57,301 bases of DNA, taken from the NCBI GenBank assembly GCA_039194665.1, contig JBCCVW010000001.1:1-57301 (forward strand), in the 5' to 3' direction. The translations under genes and the position numbers were made by a program. Source of the DNA: Actinomycetota bacterium. Its GTDB lineage: Bacteria > Actinomycetota > Acidimicrobiia > Acidimicrobiales > Ilumatobacteraceae. Each line of letters opens with the position of its first letter. Position 1 is the stretch's first letter. This document shows positions 53,043 through 57,301 of the stretch, piece by piece. The notes under the pieces are model-generated. The model worked only from the letters and a program-made list of their open reading frames with translations, was not told where the DNA came from and made no database searches.

Positions 53043-53153
53043 GCCGGTCGCGCACTGCGCCCTTCGAACCCCGCTGTCGGACGTGGGTCACGGAGTCGCG
53101 GTGCGGGTAACCCACTCCGGTCGATCGATCTGGGGCTGCCAGGATGGCCGGCG

Positions 53154-54062
53154 ATGGGGGACGAGTACCCAACGCCCGACCGGGCGACGTTCATCGAGGC
53201 CAATCGCACGCGCCTGCGGGCCTGGGAGTGGGGCGATCCGAGCGCGCCGCCGGTGGTGTTGGTCCACGGGGCGTATGACCACGGTCGCACATGGGATGCA
53301 TTTGCTCCGCGCTTGGTCGATCTCGGGTTCCAGGTCGTCGCGATCGACGTACGCGGCCATGGCGACTCCGGACGGCTGTCGTCGGGGATGACGTGGAACG
53401 CGTCGGCGCTCGACCTCTGCGAGTTGGCCCGCCTGCTCGCCCCCGAGGCTGGCGCGCCGATCGGGATGATCGGGCACTCGATGGGCGGCGGGATGGCATT
53501 CACGGCCGCCGCCACGACGCCAGAGCGGTTTGCGTGGCTGGTGAATCTCGATGGGCTCGGTCCGCCAGCAGACGCGTTCGGTGACGATGACCTCGTCGAG
53601 ATCGCGACACGGTGTGTGGACGACATCGACAAGTTCCGCAGTCGACCCCCTCGGCCATGGGCATCGCGCGCGGCCCTCGCCGAACGCCGCGGCGCGATCA
53701 ACATTCGCCTGCCGCAATCGTTCCTCGATCATCTCGTGGAGCACGGCACGGTCGAGGTCGCCGGTGGCTACGTGTGGAAGTGGGACCCGATGTTCCGCAC
53801 GTTCATCCCCGACGGTTTCTCACTCGAAGTGGTGCTCGCCCAGTACCCCGCTGTGATCGCTCCGACACTGGTGCTGGTGAGCTCCGAAGACGATGCGTGG
53901 ACCGAGGTGCACGACGAAGAGGCCGCGCGGCGGGCGGCACTGCTTGCGGACGCCCGGGTCGATTCGGTCCCCGATGCGGGCCACTACGTGCACGTCGAGC
54001 AGCCCGAGTTCGTGCTCGACCGCATCGTCGGCTTTCTCGACGAGATCGGCGCGCGTCCGTGA
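53154..54062 (+). CDS. Alpha/beta-fold hydrolase
   Basis: VVLVHGAYDHGRTWD, DVRGHGDSG, nucleophile elbow GHSMGG, and C-terminal PDAGHYVHVEQPE (His). Confidence 0.85.
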   Translation: MGDEYPTPDRATFIEANRTRLRAWEWGDPSAPPVVLVHGAYDHGRTWDAFAPRLVDLGFQVVAIDVRGHGDSGRLSSGMTWNASALDLCELARLLAPEAGAPIGMIGHSMGGGMAFTAAATTPERFAWLVNLDGLGPPADAFGDDDLVEIATRCVDDIDKFRSRPPRPWASRAALAERRGAINIRLPQSFLDHLVEHGTVEVAGGYVWKWDPMFRTFIPDGFSLEVVLAQYPAVIAPTLVLVSSEDDAWTEVHDEEAARRAALLADARVDSVPDAGHYVHVEQPEFVLDRIVGFLDEIGARP

Positions 54063-54697
54063 CCGACCTGCTCGTGCTTCACGATGTGGGTGCCTCAGGT
54101 GGCGGCGAGTGGGCCGACGGCTTCACCGAGTGGCCAGGCGCTGTGTTTGCACCGGATCTCCCCGGACACCACGGCACCCCACCTCCCGTGGGTGGCAACT
54201 ACGACACCGGCGACGCCGTGGTCGTCGCGCTCGACGTGCTGCGCGACGTCGCACACGGCGATCTCCTGGTCGTCGGTATCGGCCACAGCGGCGCCGCCGC
54301 GCAGGTGCTCGCCCTCGGCGGGCGGGCAGCCGGGCTGGTCTTGGTCGATGGGTTGGGCGGGCCGTGGCTCGAACCGGGCGACGTCGATGCGCAGCGGCGT
54401 GCGCTGCGCCGTCGAGTGCTGTCCACGCCGACTGCGCTGGCGATGCCCGACGCCGACACGGACGACCCACGGGCGTCGATGGTGGTGGGTGTTGTCGATC
54501 GCGCCTTCGCCGTGCAACAGGCCGTCGCGATGCCAGTTCCAGTGCTCGTGGTGGAAACGCCGTCGTCGCCAACCCCGGACGCTCCTGACATGGTTGCCTG
54601 CTTCGGCGACGCCACGCTCCAGCAACTCGTCGCCCGACAGCCGAGCCACGTTGCCCAGCTGGTCGCATCGTGGTGGTCGAGCCGCAAACCGGCTTGA
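54059..54697 (+). CDS. Short alpha/beta-hydrolase-like protein with a variant nucleophile elbow
   Basis: 212 aa: LLVLHDVGASGG..PDLPGHHG..VVGIGHSGAAAQVL. The elbow is GHSGA rather than GxSxG. The GTG 54059 start overlaps the upstream stop (GTGA). Confidence 0.6.
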   Translation: MTDLLVLHDVGASGGGEWADGFTEWPGAVFAPDLPGHHGTPPPVGGNYDTGDAVVVALDVLRDVAHGDLLVVGIGHSGAAAQVLALGGRAAGLVLVDGLGGPWLEPGDVDAQRRALRRRVLSTPTALAMPDADTDDPRASMVVGVVDRAFAVQQAVAMPVPVLVVETPSSPTPDAPDMVACFGDATLQQLVARQPSHVAQLVASWWSSRKPA

Positions 54698-54731
54698 GTG
54701 GGTCCCGTCCGGGCTGATCTGATTCATCGCG

Positions 54732-55394
54732 ATGTACGCCCGACAGTCCGACCGCGTCGAGGATGACCGCGCCGCGCTCGACGTGCTCGATCATGCGGCA
54801 CTCGCCCACCTCGTATCGAACAGCTCGTCCGGTTTCGAGGTCAGCAGCCTGCCGATCATCGTCGATCGTGCCGCCGGTCAACTGGTGGGGCACCTGGCGC
54901 GCGCCAACGCACACTGGAAACGCCTCGATGGTCAGCCCGTGGTGTTGATCGCCGTGGCCTCCAACAGCTACGTCTCGCCCAGTTGGTACGCGTCGAAGGC
55001 GGCAACCGGCGGGCGTGTCGTGCCGACGTGGAACTACGAGGCGGTGCACGTCCACGGTGTGGCCCGCACGCACGACGATCCCGCGTGGATTTCCGATGTG
55101 GTCGATCGCTTGACCGAGCACCACGAAGCGCAACGCACCGACGGCGGCGAGCGCTGGGCGACGAGCGATGCGCCGGCGGCCTTCCTCGCCCGGCAGGTGC
55201 GGGCGATCATCGGCGTATCGGTGGCGATCGAGCGGATCGACGCAAAGCGCAAGCTCAGCGCGAACCGTTCCGCCGACGACCGTGCCGGCGTCGTGCGGGG
55301 CCTGTCGGCCACCTCCGGGGCGCCGCAGCGGATGATCGACGCAATGACCGCTGCGCTCGATCGCCCAGGTGACGCCGGTGACGCCGGCGCCTGA
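54732..55394 (+). CDS. PaiB-family FMN-binding negative transcriptional regulator
   Basis: MYARQSDRVEDD..GHLARANAHWK..SPSWYASK...VPTWNYEAVHVHG..KLSANRS match the PaiB/Pai2 family signature. Confidence 0.8.
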   Translation: MYARQSDRVEDDRAALDVLDHAALAHLVSNSSSGFEVSSLPIIVDRAAGQLVGHLARANAHWKRLDGQPVVLIAVASNSYVSPSWYASKAATGGRVVPTWNYEAVHVHGVARTHDDPAWISDVVDRLTEHHEAQRTDGGERWATSDAPAAFLARQVRAIIGVSVAIERIDAKRKLSANRSADDRAGVVRGLSATSGAPQRMIDAMTAALDRPGDAGDAGA

Positions 55395-55458
55395 CGGGCA
55401 GGTGTCCTGCGCCGTACGGTCACGCGTGCCCGCGGGCGACCGCTTGTACATTGGAGCC

Positions 55459-55701
55459 GTGCCCACCCTCCGTCTGTTCGCATCGGCCCGCGAGGCTGCC
55501 GGTGTCGGCGCCGACACCATCGACGGCGCCACGGTCGGCGAGGTGCTCGACGCAGCGCGCCACCGTTACGGCGAGCGATTCGATGCGGTGCTCCCAACGT
55601 GTCGCATCTGGGTAAATGGCGCCGCCGCCGACGCGGCCACCGCGGTCGATGCTGCCGACGAGGTGGCCGTGCTGCCACCGGTCTCAGGAGGATGTTCATG
55701 A
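55459..55701 (+). CDS. MoaD/ThiS-family ubiquitin-like sulfur-carrier protein with a GG-CS C-terminus
   Basis: 80 aa: VPTLRLFASAREAAGVGADTIDGATVGEVLDAA..RIWVNG..DEVAVLPPVSGGCS. GGAG lies 3-6 nt upstream of GTG 55459. Confidence 0.75.
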   Translation: MPTLRLFASAREAAGVGADTIDGATVGEVLDAARHRYGERFDAVLPTCRIWVNGAAADAATAVDAADEVAVLPPVSGGCS

Positions 55702-56189
55702 CCACCACCGATCAGGCCGACCCGAGCGAGTTGTCGCTCGACGAGCTGCGCGCCTTGCGCGAGCAGCTGCAACTCGAAGACGACGCCGTGTCGTATGCCC
55801 GACGTGTCGCTCAAGCGCGGCTCGACCTGATCACCGCCGAGGTCGGCCGACGCGGTGGCGCCGTCGATGAGGAACTGCGCTCGGTGCTGTCATCACACCT
55901 CACCGGTGGCCCGGCGCGGCCCCCACGGCCGACCGAGGACTTGAGCGACCATCCGCTGGCGGTGGAACTCGACGAGATCTGTGCCGAGCGCGGTCTCGGT
56001 CGGCTCGCCTCGCTCGACAGCGACGAACTCGAGGCGTTGCGCACCGCAGTCGCCGGGTTCGAGCAACGTGTGTCGTCCGACCGGCGGGCGCGCTTCGAAC
56101 GGCTCGACGCGTTGAGTGCCGAACTCGTTCGTCGCTACCGTGACGGCGAAGCCGACATCGACGGCATCGCCGCCGATTCCGAGAGCTGA
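55698..56189 (+). CDS. RsiG-like protein (putative c-di-GMP-binding anti-sigma factor family)
   Basis: 163 aa helical protein. D28-x3-S-x2-R-x3-Q-x3-D43 (DDAVSYARRVAQARLD) matches the RsiG E(x3)S(x2)R(x3)Q(x3)D c-di-GMP motif. A second, partially degenerate copy is E122-x3-S-x2-R-x3-F-x3-D137. There is an ATGA overlap with the moaD-like stop. Confidence 0.65.
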   Translation: MTTTDQADPSELSLDELRALREQLQLEDDAVSYARRVAQARLDLITAEVGRRGGAVDEELRSVLSSHLTGGPARPPRPTEDLSDHPLAVELDEICAERGLGRLASLDSDELEALRTAVAGFEQRVSSDRRARFERLDALSAELVRRYRDGEADIDGIAADSES

Positions 56190-56288
56190 CGTCGCCCACG
56201 AATTCGCCGGGGCGGGTGTCGCGCCGCCGCGAATCCCGACCGGCTGGGTCGGGAGAGTGCCGCAACACGCCGTTATCGTGTCGCCGTC

Positions 56289-57301
56289 GTGCAACGCGCT
56301 GCGATCATCTCGCTTCACACGTCGCCGCTGCTCCAACCTGGTTCGGGGGACAGCGGTGGAATGAACGTGTACGTGCGCGAACTCACTTCGGCCTTGGCCC
56401 AGGCCGGCGTGGAGTGCACCACATTCACTCGCGCCGATCGGCCCGGCCTTCCTCAGGTGGTCGACGTCGAGCCGGGGCACCGCGTGGTGCACGTCGAGGC
56501 CGGTCCGTGCGACTTGGCCAAGGAGCAGCTCCCGACCACCACCGACGCGTTCGCCAATGGCGTGCGCGACTGGCTGGACGAGCATGGCCGCCCCGACGTC
56601 ATCCACGGCAACTACTGGCTGAGCGGCGTGGTCGGACATCGTCTGAAGCACGAGCTCGACATTCCGTTCGTCACCACGTTCCACACGCTGGCGCGGGTCA
56701 AGGCCGAAGGTGGTGACCCCGAGCCCGAGTGGAGGGATCGCGCTGAGGCCGAGATCGTGCAGTGCGCAGACGCCATCTGTGTGTCGTGCGAGCCCGAGGC
56801 CGAGCAGTTCCGTCGGCTGTACGGCGAGCCGCAGGGCCGGCTGGAGATCGTCGCCCCCGGTGTGGAGCACGCCTTCTTCGCCCCGGGCGATCAGCAGGGC
56901 GCGCGTCACGCAATCGACGTCGATCCTGACCGTCCGCTCGTGCTGTTCGTCGGCCGCATCCAGGCGCTGAAGGGGCCCGACGTCGCCATCGGCGCGCTTG
57001 CCGAACTCGCGGCCACCGACGCCCAGCTGTTGATCGTCGGCGGCGCCAGCGGTGTCGACGGCAATGGGGAACTCGCCGCGGCGCGCCGACTGGTGAGCGA
57101 CCTCGGTCTCGATGAGCGAGTGCGCTTTGTCGAGCCGCAACCGCACCACATCCTGTCGTCGTATTACCGCGCCGCCGACGTGGTGGTGGTTCCTAGCCGC
57201 AGCGAGAGCTTCGGCCTCGTCGCCCTCGAGGCTGCGGCGTGCGGGATGCCCGTCGTGGCCAGCGGCGTCGGTGGTTTGCTCAGCCTGATCGACGATGGCC
57301 G
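56289..57301 (+). CDS. mshA: D-inositol-3-phosphate glycosyltransferase (mycothiol biosynthesis), 3' end outside window
   Basis: My hand translation of the frame phased on 56289 gives VQRAAIISLHTSPLLQPGSGDSGGMNVYVRELTSALAQAG..HGNYWLSG..FVGRIQALKGPD..VVVPSRSESFGLVALEAAACGMPVVAS. This is a GT4 protein with the MshA N-terminal signature. It is open to the window end. The GTG 56289 start is tentative. Confidence 0.85.
   Translation, partial: MQRAAIISLHTSPLLQPGSGDSGGMNVYVRELTSALAQAGVECTTFTRADRPGLPQVVDVEPGHRVVHVEAGPCDLAKEQLPTTTDAFANGVRDWLDEHGRPDVIHGNYWLSGVVGHRLKHELDIPFVTTFHTLARVKAEGGDPEPEWRDRAEAEIVQCADAICVSCEPEAEQFRRLYGEPQGRLEIVAPGVEHAFFAPGDQQGARHAIDVDPDRPLVLFVGRIQALKGPDVAIGALAELAATDAQLLIVGGASGVDGNGELAAARRLVSDLGLDERVRFVEPQPHHILSSYYRAADVVVVPSRSESFGLVALEAAACGMPVVASGVGGLLSLIDDG

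Noticed and set aside
55893-57149. A 418-aa ORF on the minus strand covering the mshA region. Similar long antisense or out-of-frame ORFs include 6183..7820 (-), 12850..15015 (+), 46764..48515 (-), 20630..21886 (-), 35325..36767 (-) and 9524..10486 (-).
   Set aside because: Their translations are Arg/Pro/Gly/His-rich low-complexity strings with no recognisable motifs. They mirror genes with strong family signatures on the other strand or frame. Stop-free shadow frames are expected at about 68% GC.
1-57301. Mobile element, genomic island or defence system.
   Set aside because: There is no integrase, transposase, recombinase, phage structural gene, restriction-modification gene or known defence gene signature. 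GC content and codon bias are uniform apart from short promoter-sized AT-rich spacers. The two STAND-type ATPases have DNA-binding heads (LuxR HTH, OmpR wHTH), not nuclease or other effector domains.

Overview
A 57.3 kb, roughly 67-68% GC chromosomal segment from an actinobacterium. The phylum call rests on two WhiB genes, GlnR, the mycothiol genes mshA and a PIG-L deacetylase, an RsiG-like protein, and many 4-nt ATGA/GTGA start/stop overlaps. I call about 60 protein genes. I found no rRNA, tRNA, CRISPR array, integrase, transposase or prophage signature, so this looks like core genome rather than an accessory island.

Gene content from left to right:
- whiB7-like gene (cut by the window edge), then a TlpA/CcdA thiol-reductant pair.
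- A regulator-rich block: a LAL-type LuxR ATPase, Lrp, and a wHTH-NB-ARC-TPR protein.
- A PIG-L / azlC / azlD / wHTH-alpha/beta-hydrolase operon.
- CoA-transferase and a NUDIX hydrolase.
- An Fe-S carrier module: mrp/apbC, a Cys-rich ArsR-like regulator and erpA.
- A fasciclin-OmpA envelope protein, ridA, an amidohydrolase and an SGNH lipoprotein.
- The nitrogen cluster glnR-glnA-glnII.
- A lipoprotein Ntn (penicillin/AHL-type) acylase, nadE, a YibE/F membrane protein and a second NUDIX hydrolase.
- MMPL divergent from a TetR-CYP153-like P450 pair.
- dut, a DUF2817 M14-like protein, selA-selB, a second whiB and a 3-hydroxyacyl-CoA dehydrogenase.
- A complete mrpABCDEFG antiporter operon, then a cyclophilin.
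- A TetR / SnoaL / two alpha/beta-hydrolases / PaiB cluster.
- A MoaD-like protein coupled to an RsiG-like protein, then the 5' part of mshA.

I could not identify a clear-cut new system such as a defence island. The most unusual things I can support from the sequence are:
- Two regulators that share the same OmpR-type winged-helix head on different bodies (NB-ARC-TPR versus an apparently catalytic alpha/beta-hydrolase), flanking the PIG-L-azlCD genes.
- A redox-partner-less CYP153-like P450 co-transcribed with a TetR and divergent from an MMPL transporter.
- A MoaD-like sulfur carrier with a GG-CS tail whose Gly-Gly codons form the Shine-Dalgarno for the downstream RsiG-like gene.
- An 11-nt-periodic GlnR-box-like array upstream of glnII.
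- Two families of intergenic repeats.

Functional calls come from motifs I read in the translations and from remembered family signatures. No database search was run.
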